NCBI RefSeq assembly: GCF_041146345.1
Contig: NW_027191402.1
Span: 1 to 64,000 of the forward strand
Source of the DNA: Neodothiora populina
Lineage: Eukaryota
DNA length: 64,000 bases
Reading direction: 5' to 3'
Shown piece by piece: positions 46,841-60,189 of this stretch. The position numbers and the translations under genes are program-made. Position 1 is the stretch's first letter; each line of letters opens with the position of its first letter. Under the pieces are notes generated by a model. That model had not been told where the DNA came from. It worked only from the letters and a program-made list of their open reading frames with translations, and made no database searches.

Positions 46841-48863
46841 CTACATGTGATAGAAGGGCTGTTCACACGCGAACCCAACCAGACGATTACCCTGTTCTGA
46901 TCTCAACATTGGCTCTTTATAGAAGGTATGTGCGTCTTTTGCGAGTGTCTCGACTTCCAAGAAGTCGAACTTCTCCACCTTCGGCTTGAAATTGGTGAGG
47001 TCGTAGACGCTACGCGCATATTCTGGTGCAATGTTATAAATCTGAGCAAGGTATTTCTTCATGATTATGGCGTAATTGACGTGCGACATCATCTTCGCCG
47101 TGTTCGAATGTAAATTTTGACGCTGCTGCTCCGTCATCACGCGCTTGTAGAGCTCACGAGGCTGGTCATATTCGCTGACTTTGCCTTCGTGATAATAGTG
47201 GCTTTTGCGAGAGACCACATTATCCGAAACTTTGTATGGAGCCTCAGCAACGTCGGGACGAAATTTATGGGCAAATGAGTTGGGGTTGTACTGTTTGTTG
47301 CCCGCATGATTCGCATCCACCCGCATAGAACCGTCGAAGTTTACAGACGCGTATGAACGTGCCATGAAGGGGCAATTGATAGGAACCTGATGCAGGTTAA
47401 TTCCTACTCGGTGATATTGTGCATCACGGTAGAAGAACATTCTGAATTGCAACAAGGGATCCGGAGAGTCTTCGACACCGGGAACCATGGAGCCAGGGGA
47501 AAAGGCAGCTTGTTCAACATCCCGGTGGAAGTTCTCGGGATTTTTGTTGAGGATAAGTCTTCCGAACTCATGCATCGGAAATTGATCTCTCGGCCAGACC
47601 TTAGTCACATCGAAAGGATCGAAGCCAAGTACCTCCGCATCGGCCTCATCAGGTTGCATGATCTGAACATTGGCTGTCCATTCCGCCTCCTCACCATTTT
47701 CGATCAGCTCCCAGAGGTCACGCTTGCTGTAGTCAGGATCCTCGCCGGAAATGCGTATCGCTTCAGGCTGGGTGAACTGTTTCTGTCCGTGCTTGGCCAT
47801 GAAATGGTATTTGATATAGACAAATTTGCCCTCCTTGTTCACCCATTTGAATGTATGGCACCCATAGCCGTGCATGTTCACCCATCCTTGTGGAGTACCA
47901 TGATCACTGAAGAACATTAAGCCAGCATGATTGCCTTCGGGAGTGCAACCAAGCAAGTCAAATGTGGCATCGTAGTCGAGGAGGAAATTGCGCGGATTAC
48001 GAGATTGAGAACGGATCACATCCGGTCCTTGAATGGGATCACGACAGAAGAACACCGGGAAGTTGAGGCCAACGACATCGTAGTTACCTTCCTTGGTGTA
48101 GAACTTGATGGCAAATCCACGAGGGTTACGTGCCTCATCGGGAAATTCGCGACCCAACGTCACGGTAGAAAATCGAACGAAGATAGGTGTCTTTTCGCCA
48201 ACACTCGAGAGGAAATCTGCTTTCTGATAAAGAACAAATCATATATCAGCACATACTGTACAGCGCAGAAGTCCAGCTTGGGACATGGGGTTGCCAGGAA
48301 AGGTTTAGCTTGGTTTGCTTACTGTGAGATCAGAAACGTCCTTAGTGCATTCGAAATACCCGAAAGCGCCACTCCCGCATGGATGGACCATACCTAATTC
48401 TGTCGTCAGTTGAACGTCAAGAGTCGACCAGCTGCACCATTTGAAGACATGCTGCGTGAGTCCGAGACTAGATCACCAGGAAATTTGCGAGGAACACTGT
48501 AGGAAAAAACACAGGAAAAACAGCGGACTCACGTTCGAGGTTCTTGCTGCGGTTGAAATGCTGCTGCTTCTGGAACAGATGGACATCCGATGCGACTGGT
48601 ATACCGCCAATGGTCTTGCTGTGTGCGCAATCTGGCAGAGGGATGCCTTCATTGTTCGTGAAGTACGGGGCATCATCTTCACGCTTTCCACCCTGTACCG
48701 TACCCGAGACCTTGGCAATGATGTTCGCTGGGCCTTCGTTCGCCGATTGCATATGTGTGGTTCGTGGACCTCTGCCCTCTCCAGAAGCTGCGCCTTGAAT
48801 AGCCATGGCAGTAGCTTCGAGAGGGTGTTGCAGAGGGTTAATCTGATTACTGTTGCTGAACAT
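46841..48863 (-). CDS. Monofunctional heme catalase (small-subunit type), multi-exon
   Basis: HFNRSKNLER|MVHPCGSGAFGYFE, FVRFSTVT, RNPRGFAIKFYT.EGNYD.VG.N.PVFF.RDP, VEQAAFSP, DPLLQFRMFFYRDAQYHRVG. Confidence 0.95.
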
Positions 48864-49818
48864 TGGATGAGTGAATATGATGCTATACTGATAGACACGA
48901 TGCTATAACCCGCAATAATGCAAGGCACACAGGAGAATTATGTAGCATATCACCTGTCAGCCATGTCGCAATACTGACGCACATATTGCGTTGATATCTA
49001 ATGATCCTGACCCAGCACCCATGTCCAAAGGTCACCTGCAAGTAAGGTACGTGGTTTACCCGCTCACGACCGCATCAAGAACTTCCCATCGTCATTATTA
49101 CAGAACGAATTGAGTGGATCTGTCTCATCCTGGGTTTGCCGTCCAATCAGCATCTCCATGTTTTACCCTGCAGAAACCGAGATTCATGAGAATACATCTC
49201 GAGCTAAGCTCTCTGTGCCATGTGTGACTTGGGGTGTCCATGCAGTAAGGTAGACTGTGGGTGTGTGACCCGGTCGTGTGAAGTTCAATTTGTAGATATG
49301 GGGATCCATTCGTGCTTGATTTATGGCAGTGCAGGAGATTGAATATCATCTTGCCCAGGGCAGGTGAGACTTAAAGGCTGTTTAGGTATGACAGCAAACG
49401 GACAGCCATTGCGAGCTCCCATGTCCTTCATCAACGACCCGACCTAATGCCCAATTCTTTACATGTCTATATCGGACATTGTTATCGTCAACGATGTTTA
49501 AGGTGCCCCGCATCCAATGCCAAACCTTAATGCATCACCTCATTCGATGGAACACCTGTCAAAATCTTGCTCGAGGGTCTGACGCCGCTAGAGGGTCAAT
49601 CTCCGCTCCTGGCATAGCCTTCAATATATATCACCTACCTTACTGTATCTTGGTCCGTCTCATTTGGAGCGCCGCTCTCCTATATAGGGTGCCCAAAGCT
49701 TTCTTGTAGTCGAACAGAGCCATGACAGAGTCGCTCGGCGCGAAATATGTCTCTCATTAATCGTCAAATATGTACTGTTATCGTATAAGTTGCGGCACAT
49801 AAACTGTGCCGATCGTAA

Positions 49819-51696
49819 TCATTCCAATGCTTTATTTCTAACAAGCTCAACATGCGTCCCAATGTGGCGCTTGTCCCTTTCTGTGGAAAAGCTACGGCTC
49901 GTGAGCTCATTCATGAACAGTAAATCGATCTCTTCAAGTCCAAGGCGGCGAGTCTCCGGATAGAAGACATACTGTTTTAGACTTTGTTAGCCAACAATGA
50001 ACAACATAGTGCGTATGTCTGATTTACCATGATCGGAACCCATGTGGCATTCAGGACGGCAAAAATAATGTACGTTCTCCATCCAATATTATTTAATGCA
50101 GGTGGTGTGATATATACGATCAGAAAATTGCAGATCCAGTTCACTGCCGTCGATAATGAAGAGCCTCTTTGACGCAGCTTGAGCGGAAGGATTTCGCTAG
50201 GATAGACCCAAACCGTTGCTTGGAATCCAATTGTGAAAGCACCTTGAAACACAAAGAGCATCGTTGCTGCGCCAATGCCAGCAGAATCTGTCCGGACCTC
50301 GTCAGCATGAACTCATGACAACAGCGTAGGAGATATACTGACGAGCAATCGAAGTGCCCTTTTCTACTTGGTAGATCAATGCCGCCTGTACAGCCATGAC
50401 GAGAGCCATCAGTGACACCATGGACAAGAGCTGTTTAGAGGTAAGCGATATATAATCTGCGGTAAGCAGAGGCTCGAACGTACCAGGGGACGGCGCCCAA
50501 CTCGATCGATGAGGAACCATGGAATAAATGAAGCAAGGAAAAACCAGGTGTTGAGGAATCCCGACATCAGACTCGACAGGTCAGCATCAAACTTCAAGCT
50601 TTTCTGGAAGAGGGTACCGGAGTAATCTGGATCCGTCAGTCACAAGTCGACAATGAGCTGGAGCTATACGTACAGATGATGGCATTGATGCCACCAAGCT
50701 GTTGGAAAGCTTGTATGCTGCATGCAATGAGTAGTCGTCGCTGACTTTGTATGGCTATTGGAGCGATTAGACGGTACATCCAGGACGAATCCATGCAACT
50801 CACAATCGTTATGTAACAGATCCCTCCAAGATCCGGAGGCTACACTCATCTCTATTGCCACTGCATCGACAATGGCTGCATGGATTCCTAGAATCTCTTC
50901 ATTGCTACACTTCTTTCCGTGAAGCCTGCGCAAGACGTCCAACGCCTCTTCGCCTCGATCGTGTGCCACGAGCCATCTAGGGGTCTCTGGGATGATATAT
51001 AAAATTAACAGCATGGGGAAGAGGAAAAGACACTGAAGGATTGTCGGCACTCTCCAGACAAAACTTGTACTTTTGCCCTCAGCTACTGTCGCAAAGGCGT
51101 AGTCGATCCAATACACCATCATGACTCCTTTGGCGTATCAGCATGCTGTAGGTATGAATTCATGTCATGGCTTACCGGCGTTCAATGTAGAGAGCTGAGC
51201 GCAAACGAAGACACCACGTGACGCTTTTGGGCTGAATTCAGATTGAAGGACTGGAGCTGTAGAGTTGATGAAACCCATGCCATAGCCACTGACAATCCTG
51301 CCGACGATCATATGTGGTTTCGAATAGGCAGTAGCTTGCAGTAAAGCACCTGTGGAGTCAGTCGCCGGATCTCAATCGTAAGCATGGGCCAGTCGCACCG
51401 ATGAGCATAAATACAACGCCTGCCAGGATGGTCCTCCTTCTTCCCAGACTCTCTCCAATAAAGCTTGTAGTAATGGCACCGAAGAAGCATCCAATTTCAT
51501 AGATTGCCACAATCAGAGCAATCATGTTGGTACCTGCGGAGGAGTCCGGGTCGATACCTAGAGTCTCGGTGAAAGCTTTGCCATTGACGAAACCGCCCAT
51601 TAAGCCATTATCGAAGCCTATGAGTAAGAAGCTCAGGCATGTGAGCAGTGTGACTGTATATAGCAGAGTATTGCCACGAAGGCCAGAGAAGGCCAT
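49819..51696 (-). CDS. MFS sugar porter, multi-exon
   Basis: GFDNGLMGG, VAIYEIGCFFGA, GESLGRR, APVLQSEFSP..SRG, WRVP, PETPRWL, FQQLGGINA, DRVGRR, WVYPSEILPL..RQRG, YPETRRLGLEEID. Confidence 0.92.
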
Positions 51697-52650
51697 GGCA
51701 TCAAATACGACTGTGTATGTATGACACTGTAAACAATGTCGTCAGATCGATTGCCGCTCTGCCTCGGAGCTTATGGAGCAAAGGACTGCCGGTTGTATAT
51801 AGAGTCGCCTCAACGAGACGAGGTAGACGCTACGAGAGGTAGGTGCCCGCTCACTCACGTTGGCTGCTTGCTGTGCGACACGCAAAATCAGCCGGCGTGA
51901 TCGGTCGCCAACAAATGTCGCTCCTGAGCAGGAGTAGGTGTCGTGATATAGTTTAAGAGGAAGACAACAATTCGCTCAACAGCTGACAGGGTCTATGTTT
52001 CCCATGCGGTGATCGCCCCCAAGCACTTACGACTTGCGGACCTGCCGAGCTTCTGGGCCTCCAACTTTAAGACTCGATAAAGTAGGTACCGACCATAACG
52101 AGCATCCGGATCGTCCCAAGCCAATCAGATACTATATTCTTCGAGCATGGTCACACCACCCTATGAAGCTCTGAGATAGATGGACCTGTGAGCCAGGATT
52201 CTGCTAGCGGCAGTTCGTTGTGAAAGCGTAGAGAACAACCTCAAGAGATTGATAGTGTACTCGTCATGACCTCAAGATATCTCCGCCTCAGTCTTGGTAC
52301 GAGTTTGGCGGATGAGATGGGCATAGCCAAGGGCCTAGTACGATCGCGGAGGACGGCAGTTGTGCGCTTGGGGCTGCAAAGCTGGGGTCCCGCGTCGTAG
52401 CACACGGCAAGTACGGTAGTGGAAAGTAGAGGAAGATACAGCTAAGCCAAGGCAGTTGCCGTAAACATATGTACAGTGCCTTCCTGTGTATAAGCTTATT
52501 CATACATATACCATTCTGCTGCGTTTGATGAGGGTATCTTGTACGAAGCAGCAAACCAAGGTAACAACACACACGTGATTATAGTCCTCTCTCCTCTCAA
52601 AGGAAGTCTGTGGAGCTCGAATCTATGCTCCAGAGACGAGACGTCCTTGA

Positions 52651-55059
52651 ATGGCTGCCGATGCAATTGCCAACAACGCCCTTGTCGCTCCTTCCACCCA
52701 GCAAGACGACAAGAATAATTCGAGACACAAAGATGACAGCATATTCACGGCTTCCTCTGTCGCAGAGATCCGCGCCCGACTGTCCCAGCTCGGTGAACAA
52801 GAAGCGGCAGTGTCGGCTCGACTGGATGCGCTGGTGGCTTCACAGCGGGATTTGTCTCGACAACTGACGAGATTGGACGTCGCGCGAGCACACCTCGGGA
52901 CACAAGCAATAGCAGCTCGCTCTATCAGCAATGATGTTCTTTCCTCGGCAGCATCGACGGCAGGTCGCATCTCTGGTGCCGTCAAGAGGCTCGATCGGGA
53001 GCAGGGCGCGGTCAAGGCCACCCTCGAGGTAGTGGAGCAGGTTGCAGAACTCAAAGCGTGCGTGTTGGGCGTTCACGGGTCAATGGGCGCTGCACAAGAT
53101 TGGGAGACGGCGGCGTCCTATCTGCATCGAGCTTCCATGCTCCCGGATCAAGTCATCGACGGTGCTTTTGCCGAGGACATGGTCCCTACTGCAGAAATCC
53201 CCGATCCGCCTCGCCAGACGCTCAACGAGGCGGCCGAGAGCCTGTGTGGGCTGTTCCTGCGCGAGTTCGACAAGGCCGCTCGAGATGCTGATGGCGCCAG
53301 GGTCACACGTTTCTTCAAGTTGTTTCCTCTGATAGGCCGTAGCAGTCAGGGGCTGGATGCTTACGGTCGATATGTCTGCACCGGTGTTGCGACACGAGCC
53401 AGAAACAACCTCAACGCCTCGCAAAACAGGGAGTCCGTTGCCATGTTCTATGCCACTGCTCTCACCAAATTGTTCGAGCAGATTGCCCAGATTGTCGATG
53501 GGCATGAACCGTTGGTGGAACGACATTATGGTGTTGGCATGATGGACAAAGTCATGGAGCGTCTCCAGGCTGAAGCCGACATGCAGGGTGGCATTATCCT
53601 TGACACTTGGTCAGACGAGCGACATGTGGCCAGGAAGCTCACCGAGGTTAAATCTTATGCCTTTTCCTTCCTGCTGCAGACTTTCCTTCCGCCTCAGAGG
53701 TCCACGTTCAACCGCTCAAACTCCCCGGCTGGCCGCACGTCATCTGACCATCTAAGCGAGGATGAGAGTGTAGACATGAAGGAAATCGATGCACTGCTCG
53801 CCGAGATCGCCATGATGCTCAGCCGATGGGCGCTATACACAAGATTCATCGCAGCCAAGATTCATTACACTGAGCTTGACGCTGCCAAAGACACGCTCAC
53901 AATGCCACACCTATTGTCCAACAGTCTCCTCTACAAGAAGATCACTGACCTCCTCATCCACCCTTATTATGTAATGTCGACGTTCTTCTTTCGGCGTTCG
54001 GTAGAAAAGGCATTCCAGATGGACGAGTCACCGACCGGACTGTCGCTGAGCGCTAACAAACCACTGACGGCCAACCCGCCCTTTATCACATCTGCGGTCG
54101 ATGATGTTATGTACATTGTCAATCAGGTCATCCAACGCACTCTGGCCACTTCACAGCGTTCCGTGGTTGCTAATGTGATACCTGCCGTTGGCCGCGTCTT
54201 GAGTGGTGACTTCTTCGGCATGATCCAGCGCAAGATGAGAGACGAGAGCTACCCGAAAGCCGCTATACAGGGATCTCTACCACCAGAAGGACTCATTCTA
54301 TCGTTTCTCATTCTCGTCAACAATCTGGATGTATCGACGGATTATCTGCGTCGCATCGTGAACACCAATCTGGGCAAGCAGGCCAACACATCTGTCAGCT
54401 CGGATGCCACTTCGCGACCGACGATATCTGATTTGTTTCCATTTGGCCATGACGCTGTGTTTGTTGAGAATGCGTTGACATCGATGCTCAACGGATTCGA
54501 GTCGAAGACGGAAGACCTGATCATCGAAGCCATCGAGGTCTTGCTCAAGCAAGTCATGCGTCCTCGTCTGCGCCCTGTCTTGATCGAAACGTTCCGCGAT
54601 GTCGATTACATGCCAGAAGACAGTCACGGCGAGGAAGAGGCGGCCGAGGACGAGGATGCTGTAGCGCAACGCTTCGAGCGCGGGTGGATGGCCTTCACTC
54701 TACCGCTGAAACGGATCCTGACGGAGAAGAACTATGATCGACTGGTAACGGCAACGACTTCGTACCTCGGCAAGGCTCTGGAGAAGCGCATTTGGTCATA
54801 CTATGGTCGGGTGAATGGACTGGGAGCAGTACGCATGGAAAGAGACATTTCGGGGATTGTAAATGCTGCTGTCAGAGGTGGAAGATACGGGCTACGCGAT
54901 ACGTTCACGAGGTGCATTGAGATGACACTGATTCTGAACATGGAGGACGACGAGTGGGAAGAACTCGTCAGGAACCCGGTGCAGGAGGAAGGTGTAGTTT
55001 GGCACCTCGATGCCAGCGAGAGGCAGAGGACAAGGGGCATCATGAACGACGGTGCATGA
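52651..55059 (+). CDS. COG4: Conserved oligomeric Golgi complex subunit 4
   Basis: 802-aa ORF; VKRLDREQ..V...L..VEQVAELKAC, RFFKLFPLIG...GLDAYGRYV, LQAEADMQGGIILDTW, SAVDDVMYIV, NGLGAVRMERD. Confidence 0.93.
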   Translation: MAADAIANNALVAPSTQQDDKNNSRHKDDSIFTASSVAEIRARLSQLGEQEAAVSARLDALVASQRDLSRQLTRLDVARAHLGTQAIAARSISNDVLSSAASTAGRISGAVKRLDREQGAVKATLEVVEQVAELKACVLGVHGSMGAAQDWETAASYLHRASMLPDQVIDGAFAEDMVPTAEIPDPPRQTLNEAAESLCGLFLREFDKAARDADGARVTRFFKLFPLIGRSSQGLDAYGRYVCTGVATRARNNLNASQNRESVAMFYATALTKLFEQIAQIVDGHEPLVERHYGVGMMDKVMERLQAEADMQGGIILDTWSDERHVARKLTEVKSYAFSFLLQTFLPPQRSTFNRSNSPAGRTSSDHLSEDESVDMKEIDALLAEIAMMLSRWALYTRFIAAKIHYTELDAAKDTLTMPHLLSNSLLYKKITDLLIHPYYVMSTFFFRRSVEKAFQMDESPTGLSLSANKPLTANPPFITSAVDDVMYIVNQVIQRTLATSQRSVVANVIPAVGRVLSGDFFGMIQRKMRDESYPKAAIQGSLPPEGLILSFLILVNNLDVSTDYLRRIVNTNLGKQANTSVSSDATSRPTISDLFPFGHDAVFVENALTSMLNGFESKTEDLIIEAIEVLLKQVMRPRLRPVLIETFRDVDYMPEDSHGEEEAAEDEDAVAQRFERGWMAFTLPLKRILTEKNYDRLVTATTSYLGKALEKRIWSYYGRVNGLGAVRMERDISGIVNAAVRGGRYGLRDTFTRCIEMTLILNMEDDEWEELVRNPVQEEGVVWHLDASERQRTRGIMNDGA

Positions 55060-55966
55060 ATCAACATGATTTAGACAGGTAGGATAATCTGCATCCAAAT
55101 CTATAGTTACGTGCTCGTGGTGAAGCGACTGAACCATCAGATGACTGGTATACATTGGCTCACTACATACGACTACATCTATGGTTCAAGGGCTATCAGT
55201 GATGAGTTGACAATATAACAAGGTACCTTACCTTACCTTTAGTGATGCACATTTTCTGACTGGAGCCGCAAACATATCTGCGATGACGTAGTTGCAGGAA
55301 GCACCTGCCTCGGCAAGGTACATTAAAAGTCAGCAAGAGCTGCCCATAGTCCGCTTGGTCAGAAAGGACCAAAAGGAGACTTTTCATCGATTGCTGTGTA
55401 GATTACAAGTAAGACATGTCCATCTCACTACAACAGCGCCGCATCGCAATCACGACACGGTAAAGACATGGAAGTGCATACAGTAAATGATGTCCACCAA
55501 GGTTGTCTTTGTCCCCATCGGGGAGTACTCGGTCGGGCAAAAGACAAAGCTCCCGTTCTCAAATATGCGCCTAGTCTTTTTTCAGATGAAAACCGGTCGT
55601 CGAGGAGGGTCAAGTTACGTATTGCTAAGGTAAGGAATCTGAGGTACAGTTATCGCAGAGGTGCAATACTGTTGCTCCATTCGACAAAAGAGAAAAAAAG
55701 AATTGGAAATCCCTCTCCCTCTCTCTCTCTCCCAGAAAAAATAAACCATCATCGTTTCGGGAGTAGTTTCCATCAGTCTTCATCCAAAGTCTTCATCGCC
55801 AATCTCTTGTGACGCTTTCAATTGAAGCATCTTTTTCATCTCCATCTTCCTCCAACTCTATTCTACTCTTCAGTCTCAACTTTCTTTGTAAAACAAGGCA
55901 CTTGCCTCTTTTATTTTCATTTTAACTCACAACTAGCGCTTGCTTGACTGCATGCGCGGGGACTGA

Positions 55967-58900
55967 ATGTGTCGTGGGCTACCTGCCAGCCTGAACATAG
56001 CATCATTATTATCTTTGTCGCCGTATCTCAGTTCGGTCCACTGTTCTGTCGCTTCGACAATTGCGACTCGCAGAAGCATCAGTAGCATCAGCAACAACAG
56101 CATCTGGAAGCGCCCACTTTCCGCCCTCAGGCGACCTTCTTCTCCACTATCTCAGCGCCTGCGCTGTAGTTCGTCAACATCATCATCAACCGCCGACATG
56201 GAGCACAATGGCGCAAAGCGAAAGCAGCACCCGGAGCAGATCCACGACAGACCTTTCAAGCAGTTCCGCGGAGTCGACAACAACACGATACCTTCGACCA
56301 ACGGAACCGAAACCTCGGCCGACGAGTCCAACACCAACGGCCACACTCCCTTTCCCGACGCTGACGAAGAATTGAGCAGCAGCAACATTGTGCACGGCGC
56401 GACAGCAGACTCGGCCGAATGGCAGGCCACAATCGAGTCGGTGGTTTCCAAAGTCGTCTCGATCCACTTCTGCCAGACGAGCGCATTCGACACGGACCCG
56501 GCACTGTCTAGTGAAGCCACTGGATTCGTCGTTGATGAAGAGAACGGATACATTATGACCAACAGACACGTCGTCGGCGCCGGGCCATTCTGGGGCTATG
56601 TCATTTTCGAAAACCACGAAGAGTGCGACGTTCATCCCGTCTACCGCGATCCCGTACACGACTTTGGCATCCTCAAGTTCGATCCCAAAGCAATCAAATA
56701 CCTCAAGCTTTCGCCCCTCAAGCTGCGCCCGGACCTGGCCAAACTCGGCTCGGAGATTCGAGTTGTGGGTAACGACGCAGGAGAGAAGCTCAGTATCTTG
56801 TCCGGAGTCATCTCCCGACTGGACAGGAATGCGCCAGAGTACTCGGAGGGATACTGCGATTTCAACACAAACTACATCCAAGCAGCAGCTGCGGCTAGTG
56901 GTGGATCGTCTGGCAGTCCCGTCGTCAACATTGATGGTTTTGCCGTCGCTCTGCAGGCTGGGGGCAGACAGGACGGCGCAGCCACAGACTATTTCCTGCC
57001 GCTCGACCGCCCACTGCGCGCGCTCGAGTGTGTCAAGAAGGGAGTCCCCGTCACCAGAGGAACAATCCAGGTCCAGTGGCTCATCAAGCCTTTCGATGAG
57101 TGTCGCAGGCTAGGGCTGACTACAGAGCGCGAGTCCGAGGTGCGCACCAAATTTCCCAAGGAGACTGGCATGTTGGTGGCCGAAGTTGTCTTGCCCAAGG
57201 GCCCAGCCGATTCGAAGGTCGAGGAGGGCGATGTACTTATCAAAGTCAATGATGAGCTTCTCACCCAGTTCGTGCGCCTCGATGACGTTTTAGATACTAG
57301 TGTGGGTGGCAAGGTCAAGCTCCTCGTGCAGCGTGGAGGCGAGGAATTCGATGTCACTGTAGACATCGAAGACCTTCACTCGATCACTCCCGATCACTAC
57401 GTTTCTGTGGCTGGCGCTCTTTTCCACGACCTTTCCTACCAGCAGGCCCGTTTCTACGCCGTCACTCTCAAAGACCAAGGCGCATATTGCTGCGAAGCAT
57501 CTGGCTCTTTCAGATTCGAAGGCTGCGAGTTTGGCTGGCTGGTCCAATCGGTCGACAACAAGCCCACTCCCAATCTTGATACTTTTGTCCAAGTCATGAA
57601 GACCATCCCAGATCGCGCCAGGGTCGTTGTGACCTACAAGCACCTCAGAGACATGCACACGCTCAACACCGCCATCTTGGCCATTGACCGCCACTGGCAC
57701 CGAAAGATCACCCTCCACACGCGAAACGACAAGACCGGCCTCTGGGACTCGAAGGTCTTGGCCAATCCTCTGCCGCCTGTGCTCCCGCCCCCGCGCAAGG
57801 CCAACTTTATCCAGATGGGCGGTGCCCAGAACAAGACCGCCGTCGATGTGGTGCGAAGCTTTGTTAGAGTCTCTGTTTCGTTGCCGCTGCGACTGGACGG
57901 CTTCCCAAAATCACGCAAGGTCGGCTTCGGTGTTGTCGTCGATGCTGACAAGGGTCTGGTTCTCGTGTCGCGAGCCATTGTGCCATACGACATGTGCGAC
58001 ATTTCCCTTACTATTGCCGACAGCATAATCGTCGACGCCAAGGTCGTGTTCATGCACCCCCTGCAAAACTATACCATCATCCAGTACGATCCGAAGCTCG
58101 TACAGGCCCCGGTCAAGACTGCCGTGCTCGCCACGGAAAGCATCAAGCAAGGCGAGAACACGACTTTCTTCGGCTTCAACCAGAATCTGCGACCCGTCGT
58201 GGCCAAGACAGCCGTGACGGACATCACTTCTGTCGCAATTCCTCCGAGCACAGCAACGCCGAGATACCGTGCCGTCAACCTCGATGCTATCACTGTGGAC
58301 ACCAGCCTGTCCGAGAGGTGCGGCAGCGGTGTGTTGGTCGCCGAGGATGGAACTGTTCAGGCGCTGTGGATGACGTATCTGGGTGAGCGTACGGCGACAG
58401 GAAGAGACCAGCAATATCATCTTGGTTCTGCGACACCCGCCCTGCATGCAGTCGTCGACGAGATCAGAACCGGAGTGAAGCCGAACCTGCGCATTCTGAA
58501 CTTGGAAACCCACATCATCCAGATGAGCGAGGCGCGCATTCACGGAGTTTCTCAGGAGTGGATCGAACGGGTAGAGACTGAAGACCCCGAAAGACATCAG
58601 CTTTTCATGGTCCGCAAGGTGGATGCAAACCACACTGGAGGACTCACCGAGGGCGATATTATTCTTACTTTGAACGACCGTCTGGTGACCCGGGTCACAG
58701 ACTTTGACGTCATGTACAGGAACGAGAAGCTCAAGGCCGTGATTATCCGTAAGAGGGAGCAGATCCAACTGGACATTTCCACGGTACCCACGGAAGAGTT
58801 CGAGACGAAGAGGTCCGTCGTGTTCTGTGGCGCAGTGCTCCATCGCCCTCACCACGCAGTCCGACAGCAAATCTCCAAGATCCACTCGGACGTGTACATT

Positions 58901-59281
58901 TCGTCGCGCATGGCTGGATCGCCAGCATACATGTACGGCCTCGCGCCGACCAACTTTGTCACTCACGTCAACGGAGTGCCGACGCCGGATCTCGACGCCT
59001 TTGTGCGCGAGACCAACAAGATCCCCGACAATACCTACTTCAGACTCAAGTTGACCACCTTTGACAATCAGCCGTGGGTCATCACGATGAAGCAGAACAT
59101 GCACTACTTTCCCACCGTGGAGTTCATCAAGGATCCTTCCGAGCGCGAAGGGTGGAGGAGAGTGACTTATGAGAACGGGGTGCCCAAGAAGGACGAGGGT
59201 GACGTTCCCGAGGGCGCAGAGGACAGCACGGCGGCTATGGAAATAGATGGCGGTATGCCGGTCGATCGAGTCGGTAGATAG
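55967..59281 (+). CDS. NMA111: HtrA-like serine protease Nma111 (two protease + PDZ modules); second in-frame ATG at 56198
   Basis: [66 protein letters not shown]; basic AKRK near the second Met. Confidence 0.96.
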   Translation: MCRGLPASLNIASLLSLSPYLSSVHCSVASTIATRRSISSISNNSIWKRPLSALRRPSSPLSQRLRCSSSTSSSTADMEHNGAKRKQHPEQIHDRPFKQFRGVDNNTIPSTNGTETSADESNTNGHTPFPDADEELSSSNIVHGATADSAEWQATIESVVSKVVSIHFCQTSAFDTDPALSSEATGFVVDEENGYIMTNRHVVGAGPFWGYVIFENHEECDVHPVYRDPVHDFGILKFDPKAIKYLKLSPLKLRPDLAKLGSEIRVVGNDAGEKLSILSGVISRLDRNAPEYSEGYCDFNTNYIQAAAAASGGSSGSPVVNIDGFAVALQAGGRQDGAATDYFLPLDRPLRALECVKKGVPVTRGTIQVQWLIKPFDECRRLGLTTERESEVRTKFPKETGMLVAEVVLPKGPADSKVEEGDVLIKVNDELLTQFVRLDDVLDTSVGGKVKLLVQRGGEEFDVTVDIEDLHSITPDHYVSVAGALFHDLSYQQARFYAVTLKDQGAYCCEASGSFRFEGCEFGWLVQSVDNKPTPNLDTFVQVMKTIPDRARVVVTYKHLRDMHTLNTAILAIDRHWHRKITLHTRNDKTGLWDSKVLANPLPPVLPPPRKANFIQMGGAQNKTAVDVVRSFVRVSVSLPLRLDGFPKSRKVGFGVVVDADKGLVLVSRAIVPYDMCDISLTIADSIIVDAKVVFMHPLQNYTIIQYDPKLVQAPVKTAVLATESIKQGENTTFFGFNQNLRPVVAKTAVTDITSVAIPPSTATPRYRAVNLDAITVDTSLSERCGSGVLVAEDGTVQALWMTYLGERTATGRDQQYHLGSATPALHAVVDEIRTGVKPNLRILNLETHIIQMSEARIHGVSQEWIERVETEDPERHQLFMVRKVDANHTGGLTEGDIILTLNDRLVTRVTDFDVMYRNEKLKAVIIRKREQIQLDISTVPTEEFETKRSVVFCGAVLHRPHHAVRQQISKIHSDVYISSRMAGSPAYMYGLAPTNFVTHVNGVPTPDLDAFVRETNKIPDNTYFRLKLTTFDNQPWVITMKQNMHYFPTVEFIKDPSEREGWRRVTYENGVPKKDEGDVPEGAEDSTAAMEIDGGMPVDRVGR

Positions 59282-60189
59282 ATGGTTTTCGTCATGATTA
59301 AAACAAGAAATGAGTGGAGGGTAAAAAGAAAAATGTAAAATTAGAGCTTTTGTATGACATGGGCGGCTAGAGCGGACAATGGAAAGACTCCAAAAAGTCA
59401 GATGTCATTGATGATGTCTACTATTTCGGATGGCCTAAGAAACAAACATGTCATAGAGCTGGATCTGTCTTTTCTGTCCAAGTACAAACAGAACTTCTCT
59501 CACCCTCACTATCTTCCATGCCTGTTCATCATCTCCTTCGATTGAAGTTGTAGCTCAGGACTCATGTCCATTGTAGAGAGAAGACATTACAGATCTCGTG
59601 TATGACTTCTCAAGATACAGTTGACTCGTGAGATAGCCCCAACAGCAGGCCAGGGTCGCTCCTGACTTTGAGTGCGGGCTTTAACAGAGCACGTGACCGC
59701 GTGATGCATCTCGACGCGGGACTTTCTCCGTAGCTGCTTGCCCCTTCAGAATATCGTAGAATACTATTCGTTGTGCCGATTACTTGCTTTTATGTACATT
59801 GCTTGCGATATATAGAGAAGATTCCAGAATACCTTGATCTCTTACTGTGGGATTAAGCTGAAGACTTGAAATTGCATATCTCACACAATCGATTGGTTTC
59901 TGATATAGGGCGGAGTTTAGGTCATTGGTGGATCGACACGGGCAGCGAATACCTTGAAATAACAACGGTCATTCGTGCTGTGTATAAGATCGCAAGGAAG
60001 CGGAACATCAGAAGAGCGATACAAGAATCGGGGTACAAGAAAAGCAATATATTCCAGCAAGGACACCGCGCGAGCAGAAAGCAACGACAGGACACTCTGC
60101 CAGGGAGACGAGAGTCCTGAACCAGCACTCTCGAAAGAGCAAGAACATTTCCAGCAAAGACTCCGAAAGATCAAAACCGAAGGAAGAAG

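Noticed and set aside
57911..59104. 397-aa antisense ORF and other long antisense ORFs over NMA111, COG4, catalase and PKS
   Set aside because: Shadow ORFs expected from codon bias; no independent motifs.
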